Source: a virus. From it: a stretch of 64,000 nt of DNA. Each line of letters begins with the position of its first letter. Position 1 is the first letter of the stretch. A model generated the notes under the pieces. That model did not search any database and was not told where the DNA came from. It saw only the letters and a list, made by a program, of their open reading frames with translations. The position numbers and the translations under genes were made by a program. Positions 16,341 through 26,266 of the stretch are shown one piece after another. The DNA lies in IMG/VR virus record IMGVR_UViG_3300025853_000046, positions 1-64,000 of that record. One strand, 5' to 3'.

Positions 16341-18756
16341 GATACATCTAAGATGGAGAGAAGACGGACATAGAAAAGAACAAACAATAGAGGATTACAA
16401 GCCATACTTTTTTGTATCAGCCTCATCTAATTGGAACAGTAATAAAGTTATTATTCGCAAATACAGTAAGAAGTATTCAATACCTGTTGAGATTGAATTG
16501 GGCAATTGGACAAGTCTTCACGGTAAAAGGTTAAAGAAAGTAATTTACCATAATCCTAAAGACCGCTGGGCAATTATGAGCCAACTTCATAAAGACGGTA
16601 TCGAAACCTTTCAAGCCGATGTAGATATTAAACGCCTTTATGCTGTTGATTGTATGACTGAGATTAAAGAATACGAACACCGTAAGTGGTATTTTGATAT
16701 TGAATCTCAAGTTGGAGGAATACATGATGGTAAAACAACTGTGCTTAGTATCTATGATTCGTTTACCAAAAAGAATACGGTGATGACATGGTTTCCTAAA
16801 GAGGCCCATGTAGAAACTGAACTCGATTATGTAGAAGTATATGAAAACGAGACTCAAATGTTCTACGCTTTTATTCGTATGATGCAGGAACAAGACCCTG
16901 ATATGATTATCGGTTGGTATGTTCTTGGTTACGATATTCCTCAGATTATCAAGCGTATGTGTAAATTAGGTATTAACCCTAATCTCATGTCACCTTGTAA
17001 CGAGGTTAAAGATGTTCGTAGAAAGTTTGCTAATAGTGAACCTGTTGGTTGGCAATTAGGAAAAGGAACGGGTGAAGAAAACTATTTTAATAGCGCACAA
17101 CCTATTCGAGGTAGATTAACATTCTGCCTAATGGATAGATTTGAACGACTTTGGACTGATTCTCAAAATGGCACACTACCTTCTCTAAAGTTGGATGATT
17201 GTGCAAACCTTGTTCTCGGTGAACGAAAGGTTTCAAGTTCAAAGTTTGAGGACTTGGAGTTCTATGAAAGAGCGTGGTTGGAAGACACACATACTTATCT
17301 CGAATATGCTAAAGTAGATGTAGACCTGTGCGTAAATATAGACAATAAATTAAATGTAAGTGAAAACAGTCTTGCTCTACAACGACTTATTGTATGTCCT
17401 TTTGAGAATACATATCATAATTCTCAAATGGGTGGAGTATATTTTATGCGTAAGTCTGGATGGATTCCCCCAACAGGGGTTAAAACTGAGAAGGAAAGAT
17501 ATGATGGTGCTTTCGTTATGAATCCTGATATTGAGGGAACTTATGGCTTACATGAAAATGTTGCTGTATTTGATTTTAAATCTCTATACCCCTCAATGAT
17601 GGCCGCTGTAAATATCTCTTGGGAAACTAAGCGTGATGAGGGCTACCCTGTATGGATTAACACACCTAAACATTTAGGTGATTTTGAAGAAAAGCCAACT
17701 TATTACTACGAAAAAGATACACTTGGACTTTTACCTCAAGCAGTTATTGACATGATGGCTTTGCGTGATAAATACAAAACTTTGCGTAAAGAGGCTAAAA
17801 CAGACGAAGAGTATATTAAGTGGGATTCGGCACAGATGGCTACAAAGAGGGCGGTAAATGCTTTCTACGGTATTCTCGCAAAAGAAGGTTTTGGTTGGGC
17901 TGATATGGAAATGGTTCAATCAATTACTGCTTCTGCTCGTCATGCTATGCGTGAAACTGCCTTCAAAGCGCAAGAATTAGGCTATGAAGTTATTTATGGA
18001 CATACTGATTCTGTTTTTGTAAAGGTTCGTGATGTAGAAGACGCAAAACAACTTAGAGTGTTATTAAATGATTATATTTCACAAGAAATCTTCAGAGAAC
18101 CTGTAGAATTAGAGTTTGAAAAGTTTGCCAGTAAGTTTTTCCTTTCTAAGAAGAAAAATCGCTACTGCGGTTATCTTTCTTGGAAGGATGGGGAGTATTT
18201 AGACGAAGATAAGTTCTTCGTAATGGGTTTTGAAATGAAGAAGTCAAACGAAACTAAAATAGCAAAGAAATTTCAAGAAAAATTATTGAAAATGGTTGCA
18301 TCCTTTGAAGATAAAAAAACTATTATTGATTATTGTAATAGTCAATATGCAAAGGTCATAAAAGGTGAACCAAACTTGAAAGAAATTAGTAAAAGAAGTA
18401 GACTTCGTAGAAATATTGAGGACTACGAAATGATTGCTGGCGGTTCTGCTGGTATTATTTACCATAATCAACAAGGATTGGGTAAAATTAAGAAAGGCGA
18501 TGCGTATTATTACTTTAAGATAAATAATACAGACTTGGATGAAAAATGTTATATCGTAAAAGGTGTATCTAAACCGTGTGAATATATTTCGTTCTTGAAG
18601 TTCAAGGACATAGAAGGTAAGTTCACACCTGATTGGGAGTTCATCGCCAATGGAGAAATAATTAAGAAGGCTATGCTTATATTTGATAGCATGGAGTGGC
18701 CTATAAAACTCATTAAGAAAGACATTAACCAAACAACATTAGAGGAATGGTGGTAA
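16315..18756 (+). CDS. polB: Family B DNA polymerase
   Basis: Exo I YFDIE, Exo II GWYVLGYD, FDFKSLYPS, KRAVNAFYG, YGHTDS, KKNRY; C-terminal PIP box QTTLEEWW. Confidence 0.97.
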   Translation: MIIDTMGSKIHLRWREDGHRKEQTIEDYKPYFFVSASSNWNSNKVIIRKYSKKYSIPVEIELGNWTSLHGKRLKKVIYHNPKDRWAIMSQLHKDGIETFQADVDIKRLYAVDCMTEIKEYEHRKWYFDIESQVGGIHDGKTTVLSIYDSFTKKNTVMTWFPKEAHVETELDYVEVYENETQMFYAFIRMMQEQDPDMIIGWYVLGYDIPQIIKRMCKLGINPNLMSPCNEVKDVRRKFANSEPVGWQLGKGTGEENYFNSAQPIRGRLTFCLMDRFERLWTDSQNGTLPSLKLDDCANLVLGERKVSSSKFEDLEFYERAWLEDTHTYLEYAKVDVDLCVNIDNKLNVSENSLALQRLIVCPFENTYHNSQMGGVYFMRKSGWIPPTGVKTEKERYDGAFVMNPDIEGTYGLHENVAVFDFKSLYPSMMAAVNISWETKRDEGYPVWINTPKHLGDFEEKPTYYYEKDTLGLLPQAVIDMMALRDKYKTLRKEAKTDEEYIKWDSAQMATKRAVNAFYGILAKEGFGWADMEMVQSITASARHAMRETAFKAQELGYEVIYGHTDSVFVKVRDVEDAKQLRVLLNDYISQEIFREPVELEFEKFASKFFLSKKKNRYCGYLSWKDGEYLDEDKFFVMGFEMKKSNETKIAKKFQEKLLKMVASFEDKKTIIDYCNSQYAKVIKGEPNLKEISKRSRLRRNIEDYEMIAGGSAGIIYHNQQGLGKIKKGDAYYYFKINNTDLDEKCYIVKGVSKPCEYISFLKFKDIEGKFTPDWEFIANGEIIKKAMLIFDSMEWPIKLIKKDINQTTLEEWW

Positions 18757-18757
18757 C

Positions 18758-19249
18758 ATGGGAAAAAAAGAAGGAACATATTATAAAACAATGAAAGCGT
18801 TACAACAGCGTAAGAAAAAGAAGCAAGAAGAAATAAATGCAATTGAACAGGAGTTCCTAAAAGTCGTTAAAGACGAAAGGCAGTTCTGGTCTAAAAAGGG
18901 GTATTGTAGTATCTGTTTTGAAGAAGGTAAGACCGAGTGGCATCACATTATTTCACAGCATAGATGTAGAGAAATAGGTAAGGAATATCTAATCCATTCT
19001 CGAAGTAATGTAGTTGAAGTGTGTAAAGAATGCCACGATAATACAACAGCAAGTTTGCGTAGAGCCGCATTTGAAGAAAAAGGGATTAGCACTACAAAAA
19101 CTGTAAGAAATCCCGATGGTGCTGTTACGGATGCACAGCGTAATTATATTATTAAATTAGGTGGAGAAGCATCTATTACAGAAGAAATGACAAGAGGTGA
19201 AGCATCAGCCCTAATTGATGCACTAAAGGAAGCGGAAAGAAATGGATGA
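18758..19249 (+). CDS. HNH endonuclease with C-terminal helical motif
   Basis: CSIC..EWHHII..SNVVEVCKECHD; C-terminal TDAQRNYI...MTRGEASALIDALK. Confidence 0.8.
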   Translation: MGKKEGTYYKTMKALQQRKKKKQEEINAIEQEFLKVVKDERQFWSKKGYCSICFEEGKTEWHHIISQHRCREIGKEYLIHSRSNVVEVCKECHDNTTASLRRAAFEEKGISTTKTVRNPDGAVTDAQRNYIIKLGGEASITEEMTRGEASALIDALKEAERNG

Positions 19250-20141
19250 ATATGCAACAGAATGGACACAAAAAGATTTAGATAACGGATTTACATATCA
19301 GTGGAATCCCGATGATATTGATGGCCCGACATTGAAGATTACAAAGTCTTCTTTGGGAACATTTAACTTTTGTAATGGGTCATACAAATATAGTTACGAC
19401 CCATTCGCTCAAGGTAAAAAACCTCAGAAAACTTCAGAGGCCATGTTTAGAGGAACGATTGTTCACAATGCACAAGAAGAGTTTTGGAAGATGGTGAAAC
19501 CAGAAAAGGCTATGCCTTTCATTGATGATTCTAATAAACTCGTAAAGCATTTTAGAGAGTATTACCCTGAAGGAAAGGATGAAGACACTAATGATTTATA
19601 CAGGGCTTTATCGGCATGGCAAGCAGAAAGATTTATTGAATGTGTTCACGAAGGAACTGTAGAAAACTTTATTCCCGTAGGTAATGAAATAATGCTTAAT
19701 GCTCGTTATAGAATTAACGGCATCAATATTCATTTACAGGGAATTATTGATAGGTTATTTTTTGATGACAATGGATATATACCTTTTGAATTAAAGACGG
19801 GCTTATGGAAGGATAGTAAGAAAACTAATATGAGAAAAGAAATGGCTTTCTATCAACTACTATACGACCATGCAGATGAAGAAGAACTTATTTCATTCGG
19901 ATTAAACCCAAATATAGGTATCACACACTGGGGTTGGATATTCCCTAAGAGTAATTACATATATGTTGAAGAGGTCAAGAAGCGTTCTACTACTTCTGTG
20001 ATAAACTCTATACAAAAACTGATAGATGCTTACATGAATAAGCAGTTTGATTTTTCTTACTTCCATAAGAAGTGTGTTCACTGTGGACATTTTGAACACT
20101 GTGAAGCAACAGGCGGGGGAACAAATTATGATTGGTTCTAA
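19242..20141 (+). CDS. Cas4/RecB-like PD-(D/E)xK exonuclease with Fe-S cysteines
   Basis: FNFC, GTIVH, GIIDRL, ELKTG, C-terminal CVHC..HC. Confidence 0.85.
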   Translation: MDEYATEWTQKDLDNGFTYQWNPDDIDGPTLKITKSSLGTFNFCNGSYKYSYDPFAQGKKPQKTSEAMFRGTIVHNAQEEFWKMVKPEKAMPFIDDSNKLVKHFREYYPEGKDEDTNDLYRALSAWQAERFIECVHEGTVENFIPVGNEIMLNARYRINGINIHLQGIIDRLFFDDNGYIPFELKTGLWKDSKKTNMRKEMAFYQLLYDHADEEELISFGLNPNIGITHWGWIFPKSNYIYVEEVKKRSTTSVINSIQKLIDAYMNKQFDFSYFHKKCVHCGHFEHCEATGGGTNYDWF

Positions 20142-20478
20142 AATTGTCAAAGAGATTACAGAATACAACTGGACATTCAAGGAGTTGATGAAAATGGATG
20201 ATGTTATTTTTAACATTATAAACAACATGGAAGAACCTTCTTGGGAAGAGATGCTCGATTTCTTAGGTGAAGAATGTAGGGAAATGATAAGGGGTAAGTG
20301 GATGGATAAAGCCACCTTTTATGCTAAGGAACAGATGCTTGAACTTATTGATGAAGCACCAGTAATGCTTTCTCAAGTTTCTCAAGCCCCCCCTACAATA
20401 GAAGAACAGAAAAATAAGATAACTCTAACAAAGGAAGAGTTGAAGAAACAGATTAAAAAAGATACAAAGGTGTTGTAA
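20128..20478 (+). CDS. Hypothetical protein
   Basis: ATG 20128 preceded by GGCGGGGG. Confidence 0.6.
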   Translation: MIGSKIVKEITEYNWTFKELMKMDDVIFNIINNMEEPSWEEMLDFLGEECREMIRGKWMDKATFYAKEQMLELIDEAPVMLSQVSQAPPTIEEQKNKITLTKEELKKQIKKDTKVL

Positions 20479-20580
20479 ATGAAAAAGAAATGCAAATACT
20501 GTAAGGCAGAACTTACAGACAAAGATAAAGAACTTTGCTCGCTATGCGAATCAAAGGACTTTTTAGATTTAATGGATTAG
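20479..20580 (+). CDS. 33-aa zinc-finger microprotein (not in ORF track)
   Basis: MKKKCKYCKAELTDKDKELCSLCESKDFLDLMD; two CxxC pairs. Confidence 0.5.
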   Translation: MKKKCKYCKAELTDKDKELCSLCESKDFLDLMD

Positions 20581-20588
20581 GTGATGAG

Positions 20589-21632
20589 ATGAATTATCCG
20601 AGAGAAATGTGGGCAGGTAGCCCATTAGAAAACGCAATACAACCAAGAAGAGTTGTAGTGCAAACCAAAGAAAAATATAAACAATTCGTTAAAGCGCATA
20701 ATGGTCGCATGAATGTTTATACTTCTGTTTATGATTATGAAGAGTTTTCAAAAGACAGAGGACTTGAACATACTGTAATTATTGATAGACTGTTTTTAGA
20801 TATAGATGCACACGGAGATGAATCTTTAGAAGAAGCGTGGGGAGACATGAAGATACTACATAAATGGCTTACAGAAAACAACTACAAACACAACATGGCT
20901 TTCAGTGGCAGAGGTTTCTACATATTCGTTTATGGTAAAAGGACTTTTGACTTGAGAAGAGTAAAGGCTTTCTTTAACATATGTCACGATGTATGCGGTA
21001 AGTCACCTCGATTAGATAACCGAGTAATAAATACTGCTCGATTGAGAAGAACTCAAAACACCTTTCATTTAGGTGCTAAGTTATTTTCTATAAATCTAAT
21101 TCGTAGTGATTTGAAAAAGCCGTTGTCGGCTATTACCAACTTAGCAAAGAAACCTCGTAGGCAACATCCTATTTGGTATGGTGAAAGTTTAGTGGAATGG
21201 CCTCAAGTTAAGGAAATGGAAGCGGCAGAAATTGAAATTGATTATGTTGAAAGTCCGGGAGATTTACCTATTCTTCCGTGTCTTAATGCGGCAGTAATGA
21301 CTCATAACCCATTACATGAATCTCGACATTACTTAGTTCAATGGTACAATGAGTTCTTATCTGACTTAGCAGTTGTTGAAAAAGGTTTAGACTGTTCACC
21401 AAGAGAAGTAGGTGGAGATGCACTTGTAGATATTATTGGTATTATCTCAGGTGAGATTAAAAAGATTGCATCCAATGAAGATGTATGGATTGACTATGAT
21501 GAAAGGAAGACTTTAAGTGGTGTTTCGTATGTTGTTAAAAAGCGGTATATGGCCCCCTCCTGTCAAACTTTAATTAGTAAGGGGTATTGTATAGGTAAGT
21601 GTTGGAGATACCCACAGGGGGCTTTAGAATGA
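20589..21632 (+). CDS. Archaeo-eukaryotic primase, PriS-PriL fusion
   Basis: LFLDIDAH (motif I), FSGRGFY (motif II), RLRR..NT.H; C-terminal PriL-like LPCL..H..R..APSC...GYC.G.C. Confidence 0.85.
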   Translation: MNYPREMWAGSPLENAIQPRRVVVQTKEKYKQFVKAHNGRMNVYTSVYDYEEFSKDRGLEHTVIIDRLFLDIDAHGDESLEEAWGDMKILHKWLTENNYKHNMAFSGRGFYIFVYGKRTFDLRRVKAFFNICHDVCGKSPRLDNRVINTARLRRTQNTFHLGAKLFSINLIRSDLKKPLSAITNLAKKPRRQHPIWYGESLVEWPQVKEMEAAEIEIDYVESPGDLPILPCLNAAVMTHNPLHESRHYLVQWYNEFLSDLAVVEKGLDCSPREVGGDALVDIIGIISGEIKKIASNEDVWIDYDERKTLSGVSYVVKKRYMAPSCQTLISKGYCIGKCWRYPQGALE

Positions 21633-22309
21633 TGATAGATAGTAGAGAAGATTCAGTGTTAAGTGAGTTGGTTATACAATACTCTTTAATATCAAATGTT
21701 ACAACTGAAAAGGTATTCTTAGAAGTAGGAGATTATATTACAGGAGATGTGTGTATTGAGGCTAAAAGTGTAGAAGACTTTTTACAGTCAGTGCGTAACA
21801 AAAGAATGTTTAACCAGATTAGTAACATGGAAGATTCTTATGTGAGAAACTACATAGTTATCTATGGTAATTTATCCGATGCAGGTTCTTATCTAAACCA
21901 TGTCAGGTCTAACTTTAATGATAGGTCATGGAGGCATAGGTTACAGAAAATGTTTATAGGTGCATTATCCAGCATAGCATTGAATACAAAAACAACTCCA
22001 GTTTGGGTTGCAGATGTAGAATCGGCGGCACACTTTATTGTCGCTTGTGAGCATCACTGTGATAAAGAAATAGATTTGCAGAAGATGTTACCAAAGAAAA
22101 CAAGAACTGATGATGTAAGGTTGGATATACTTTGCACTATACAAGGAGTTACAATAGAAAAGGCTCGTACTCTTTTAGCGGAGTTTGGGTCATTATTAGA
22201 AATCGCTACATGTGAGGTTAAGGAAATTATGAAATTAAAAGGTATTGGTAAAGTGACGGCCACCAATATAACAAATGCGTTAAACAAAGAAGAAGAGGTG
22301 AAATACTAA
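21629..22309 (+). CDS. ERCC4/XPF (Hef-like) nuclease with tandem HhH
   Basis: IDSRE, GDY, IEAKS..DF..S; HhH IQGVTIEKA and LKGIGKVTA. Confidence 0.85.
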   Translation: MMIDSREDSVLSELVIQYSLISNVTTEKVFLEVGDYITGDVCIEAKSVEDFLQSVRNKRMFNQISNMEDSYVRNYIVIYGNLSDAGSYLNHVRSNFNDRSWRHRLQKMFIGALSSIALNTKTTPVWVADVESAAHFIVACEHHCDKEIDLQKMLPKKTRTDDVRLDILCTIQGVTIEKARTLLAEFGSLLEIATCEVKEIMKLKGIGKVTATNITNALNKEEEVKY

Positions 22310-23811
22310 TGGTAGAAGATTTAGAAGTAGATGAATGGGAATTATATGAAGCATTGGAAAAAATGCAGAATGTAGATATAGAAATAGAAAGGCGTGGTTC
22401 TGTAACTATGCCTGAAGTTGTAGTGAGGTGGACAGAAGTTGTAACGCAGTTTTCATTGTATAATGATTACCCCGCACAAATGGCTTTCTTTACAACTCTC
22501 GGTCAGGTCTTGAAAGATAAGTTACGAGTTCCCGTAGGCCGTCTTTCTCTTGACCCAAGAATACATTACTGTTGGATTCAAACTGCTCGTAGTGGAAAGA
22601 CTACAATGTTTGATTTTCTTTCACCTGTTTGGAAAAGAACATTTAAATTAATTAATGAACACCCGATGAAAGGAGAAAATCCGAGAGGGCCACTTTCGGG
22701 AGTAAATGAATTTAACCTACAAAACCCCGATGCCTTTACAGACCAAGCATTATTAGGAACTAAAAAGTTTGGTGTTAATAACCCTCAATGGGTTAGAGGT
22801 GAAGACAATGAAGATATTAATGGAGACCCAATACCTGAGTTTATTGATTTAGATATTGAAGGTGCTCTATTTGGTTCTGGTATTATTGCCTTTGATGAGT
22901 TTGAACATTCGGGTATCTTTAAGGAAACACAACACAAGCAAGACACTGTAATGATGTTTCAAAAGTTTATGAATCGTTTAGATTCCGATACCCACTTAAT
23001 CAAAAAGCGGTTGACTGAATGGGGTAAAGATTTGGTAGTAGATTGTCAGCGTAGTTTATGGGCTACAACCTTACCCCCACAGGGTTTAGAAAAGGTTATC
23101 CTTACAAAGGGTGTCTTTCAGCGTATGTGGTTATATGTAAGAGAAGTTCCCGAATCATTAAAAATGCAAATGGAGGAAGAGTATTTGGATATGGTAGGCA
23201 ATATCATTGAAGATGAAAATGGTTCGGATGCCTTTACTGTGGAGTTTTCAGAAATGCTTTACGATATTTATTGTTGGGTTGATATGAGACATAAGAAAGT
23301 TGGTGATAAAAGATTGATTACAACCTTTACCCCCGATGCACAAAAAAGACTCAAGACTGTTTGGCGTGGTATGCGTAAATACATGGAAGGTTTTCCCGAC
23401 CATATATATTCCGCACTAAATACTTTCTTGATGAATACAATTAACAATATGTGTAATGCGGCGGCTCTTTGTGCTTGTGCAGAAAAAAGTTCAGTGATTA
23501 CAGCAAAACATATAGACCAAGCAAGAATACTAACTGATACAAGTTTTGATTCTATTACAACTTGGTTTAGTGACAGGCTTAAGAAAAGCCCTAAGCGTAT
23601 GGCAGAAAAAGGTCGTGAACAAATGATTACTAAGGTTTATTCTTCTTCAGGTAAAAAAGATGGATGGGTGTCGAAAACAGAAATGGTTAATAACTACATG
23701 AAAATGACTAAGAAAAGTCGCCCAACCTTTTATAGGGAATGGAATAATGTAGAACATTTATTCGAGCAGAAGAAGATGAACAGCAGAGTTTATATTAGGA
23801 GGAAGGAATAA
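22309..23811 (+). CDS. MCM-like AAA+ replicative helicase candidate
   Basis: Walker A QTARSGKTT, Walker B IIAFDEF, GVFQR arginine finger, C-terminal wHTH-like region. Confidence 0.6.
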   Translation: MVEDLEVDEWELYEALEKMQNVDIEIERRGSVTMPEVVVRWTEVVTQFSLYNDYPAQMAFFTTLGQVLKDKLRVPVGRLSLDPRIHYCWIQTARSGKTTMFDFLSPVWKRTFKLINEHPMKGENPRGPLSGVNEFNLQNPDAFTDQALLGTKKFGVNNPQWVRGEDNEDINGDPIPEFIDLDIEGALFGSGIIAFDEFEHSGIFKETQHKQDTVMMFQKFMNRLDSDTHLIKKRLTEWGKDLVVDCQRSLWATTLPPQGLEKVILTKGVFQRMWLYVREVPESLKMQMEEEYLDMVGNIIEDENGSDAFTVEFSEMLYDIYCWVDMRHKKVGDKRLITTFTPDAQKRLKTVWRGMRKYMEGFPDHIYSALNTFLMNTINNMCNAAALCACAEKSSVITAKHIDQARILTDTSFDSITTWFSDRLKKSPKRMAEKGREQMITKVYSSSGKKDGWVSKTEMVNNYMKMTKKSRPTFYREWNNVEHLFEQKKMNSRVYIRRKE

Positions 23812-23999
23812 TGTTTATGAAAAATAAAATACTAAGATTTAGACAAGTCTTAGACGAAGAGAAAGTTTCAAGGGAAGATATTATTGACATGTTTATAAAT
23901 TATATAGAAGAAGATATGCTTTTAAAAATAATTGACATGATGAATAGTAATTATCCCGTGGATATAATAAAAAATATGGATGTGAAAAATAATGAGTAA
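23811..23999 (+). CDS. Hypothetical protein
   Basis: AGGAGG SD, TAATG overlap. Confidence 0.5.
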   Translation: MFMKNKILRFRQVLDEEKVSREDIIDMFINYIEEDMLLKIIDMMNSNYPVDIIKNMDVKNNE

Positions 24000-24585
24000 A
24001 ATACTATCGTTTGATATAGAAACAGGAAACACAGCCGCTGATATAGGCGGTTGGCAGAATACCCATATGTGGCAAGTAACTTGTGTTACTACTACGGATG
24101 GAGAGAATAATACGGTTTATATTGATAAGCCGGTAGAAATAGACGGTGCAGTTGTCAAAGAATTAAAACAGTTAAAGTTTGATTTAGACGACCACTTTCA
24201 AAAGGGCGGTAAATTGTTGGGTCATAATATTGTGGCCTTTGATTTACCTGCGTTGCGAGATTCAATGGACATTTATATTGTTCGTAAGTATCTCGAAGAG
24301 AAAGAAACCCGTTGTATTGATACATCGAGAATGATGACAAAAGCGGCAGGTAAGCGAGTGCAGTTAGATAATCTCGCAAAATGTAATCTTAATTCTCAAA
24401 AATCGGGTGATGGTCTTATGGCTGTTCGATGGTGGAGTGAAGGTAGATATGAAGATGTAGCAGAATACTGCTTAAAAGATTCCCAACTTACATTAGATGT
24501 TTGGAAAATGGGTGTAGAAAATGGTAATCTAAGTTTCTTTGATGAAGACTTAGGAGAGTTGGTGAAGATTGATTTGGAGTGGTAA
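23992..24585 (+). CDS. DEDD/RNase H-like 3'-5' exonuclease
   Basis: SFDIET, GHNIVAFD, IDT, YCLKDS. Confidence 0.85.
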   Translation: MSKILSFDIETGNTAADIGGWQNTHMWQVTCVTTTDGENNTVYIDKPVEIDGAVVKELKQLKFDLDDHFQKGGKLLGHNIVAFDLPALRDSMDIYIVRKYLEEKETRCIDTSRMMTKAAGKRVQLDNLAKCNLNSQKSGDGLMAVRWWSEGRYEDVAEYCLKDSQLTLDVWKMGVENGNLSFFDEDLGELVKIDLEW

Positions 24586-24676
24586 TTGAGTTTCAAACTA
24601 AAAAAATGTTTTGTTCTTTTTCTGGAGGTCATATACCTTATGAAGAAAAACAACAATTAGAAAAATACTTTTTTTG

Positions 24677-24710
24677 GCCTCGGCCCCGTAGGGGGTCGGG
24701 GCTTTTTTTT
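24677..24710 (+). terminator. GC-rich hairpin + T8 terminator at the junction of the convergent arms
   Basis: GCCTCGGCCCC-GTAG-GGGGTCGGGGC (11 bp including 2 G-T pairs) followed by TTTTTTTT. Confidence 0.8.
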
Positions 24711-24743
24711 ATGAAAAATTTTCTATCTGATTTTTTACTAAAT

Positions 24744-25304
24744 TTACTTTTTTGTATATCTGGATAGTTTATCTAAGGTTTCTTCTATATATTTTAAATT
24801 TCTGTTGTGGTTTTTAAATGTTCTGCGTAATATTCTTTTGTTTCTAAGCGATACCATTTTGTCAGTAAATTTTTTCAATCTTGTGTGTGTTCGATAAATC
24901 CTTTCAGCATCGTCAGTAAGTCTATCAGTATATTCATCCAAATTCCACAAAGCGATTTTAAATAATCGTGGTTCTTCATCTGGTTTGTTCTTCTTCTCTT
25001 TGTAACTTTCTTTAAATTTATTATATTCTTCTCTTAACTTTTTTTCATACCTTTTAACTTCTTTAAGATAACCTACAAGTGAACCCTTTTCCCCTAATAA
25101 CTTCATATCATATTCTTTAGGTGGAGTCGGTAATCCTATTAAAGTTCTTCTTATCTGTCTACCCATTTTTCTGTCTTTAATTCTTGAATTTTTTACCCTG
25201 TCTAATATTTCCTTGTGCGCCTCAATAACATTAGGGTCATTATGCTTACGACCTGCCTTAACATAATGTTCTCGGTTGTATTTTATAATGTCTCGCCAAC
25301 TCAT
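24744..25304 (-). CDS. Basic hypothetical protein with W-x-x-I-I-K leader
   Basis: Starts MSWRDIIK; K/R-rich. Confidence 0.7.
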   Translation of the reverse strand: MSWRDIIKYNREHYVKAGRKHNDPNVIEAHKEILDRVKNSRIKDRKMGRQIRRTLIGLPTPPKEYDMKLLGEKGSLVGYLKEVKRYEKKLREEYNKFKESYKEKKNKPDEEPRLFKIALWNLDEYTDRLTDDAERIYRTHTRLKKFTDKMVSLRNKRILRRTFKNHNRNLKYIEETLDKLSRYTKK

Positions 25305-25414
25305 TTTTTTACTTCCTTTCCAGTTACAAAATCTTTTTGAGTTTTCTTTTCTTTTTTATCTACTATCTTTGACTGAACATCAAACCAATTATCTAAAAAA
25401 ATACATCGTGTCAT
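25301..25414 (-). CDS. 37-aa hypothetical protein (not in ORF track)
   Basis: MTRCIFLDNWFDVQSKIVDKKEKKTQKDFVTGKEVKK; GGTGA SD; ATGA overlap. Confidence 0.5.
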   Translation of the reverse strand: MTRCIFLDNWFDVQSKIVDKKEKKTQKDFVTGKEVKK

Positions 25415-25558
25415 TTACTCACCTAATTGTTCTTTGTAATACTTCAAGGCATCTTTAGCCTTAGCATCATTCGGGTCTTTTTTTAATCTGCGCTCATACT
25501 CTTGAATTTTTTCTTTGAAATAAGTTTCAGCATCTTTCTTTAAAGTATCTTTCCACAT
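25415..25558 (-). CDS. 47-aa hypothetical protein with W-x-x-T-L-K leader (not in ORF track)
   Basis: MWKDTLKKDAETYFKEKIQEYERRLKKDPNDAKAKDALKYYKEQLGE. Confidence 0.55.
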   Translation of the reverse strand: MWKDTLKKDAETYFKEKIQEYERRLKKDPNDAKAKDALKYYKEQLGE

Positions 25559-25560
25559 AG

Positions 25561-26001
25561 TTATTCCTCGTTTTCGCCCATCTTATGAATAGGTGTAAGT
25601 TTAACAATAGTCTCTTTATGCTTCTCAACAATGTGCTTATGTTCTTGAGCCGCCGTAAGCATTTCCTGTTCATGCTTTTGTCGAGCCTTTTCTAAATCAA
25701 TTACATGTTGCTTGTTTAGTGCATCTCTTTCTCTTTCGTGTTCCATTTCAACGCCCATGTTATCAATTTCGATAGTCTGTTCAGACTCCCACATTCGTAA
25801 AACTGTTTGTAATGCTGGTGCTGAAACACCACTGATGATTGCGATAAGTGCAATAAAACCGTCAAGGTTTGTTAATACAACATCAGGCTTCCATATACCC
25901 ATACCTACTACTGCACCTGCGGCAAGAAGCCATAGATAAATTGCTGGCAATACTGTTCGCTTAACCATTCGGTCGTTAAATGTATCTTTTGTTTCTTTCA
26001 T
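25561..26001 (-). CDS. Two-TM membrane protein with coiled coil (holin-like candidate)
   Basis: Hydrophobic helices VLPAIYLWLLAAGAVVGMGIW and FIALIAIISGV; charged coiled-coil C-terminus. Confidence 0.55.
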   Translation of the reverse strand: MKETKDTFNDRMVKRTVLPAIYLWLLAAGAVVGMGIWKPDVVLTNLDGFIALIAIISGVSAPALQTVLRMWESEQTIEIDNMGVEMEHERERDALNKQHVIDLEKARQKHEQEMLTAAQEHKHIVEKHKETIVKLTPIHKMGENEE

Positions 26002-26002
26002 T

Positions 26003-26266
26003 TTATTCTCCTCTTAAATTTTTTTGTAATCTTGCGAGACCTATTTTTAAATCCCTACCTGTGCTATGTATATTAAATCTATCATCCTTTCTTGCGGCTA
26101 CGGTAATACTGGAGGTAGCGGGAACATGAGACATATTTCTTTCATTTAAAAAAGTAATATACTGCTGGGGATATACAGGTGCGTTCCACATAAGAATATA
26201 TTCTTCTAATAAATCTAAATGCTTAGGTCTGACCTTTACACGCTTTAAAATAGATTCCCACATCAT
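26003..26266 (-). CDS. Hypothetical protein with W-x-x-I-L-K leader
   Basis: Starts MMWESILK. Confidence 0.6.
   Translation of the reverse strand: MMWESILKRVKVRPKHLDLLEEYILMWNAPVYPQQYITFLNERNMSHVPATSSITVAARKDDRFNIHSTGRDLKIGLARLQKNLRGE

Noticed and set aside
16315-18756. Possible inteins in PolB, RFC or RNR
   Set aside because: Lengths are ordinary and no intein splice motifs or embedded LAGLIDADG blocks were seen
19242-20141. Cas4-like gene suggesting a CRISPR system
   Set aside because: No repeat-spacer array or other cas genes seen; solo Cas4-like exonucleases are common in archaeal viruses
24579-24767. 62-aa + strand ORF after the exonuclease
   Set aside because: Runs through the terminator hairpin and T-runs; low-complexity translation; likely spurious
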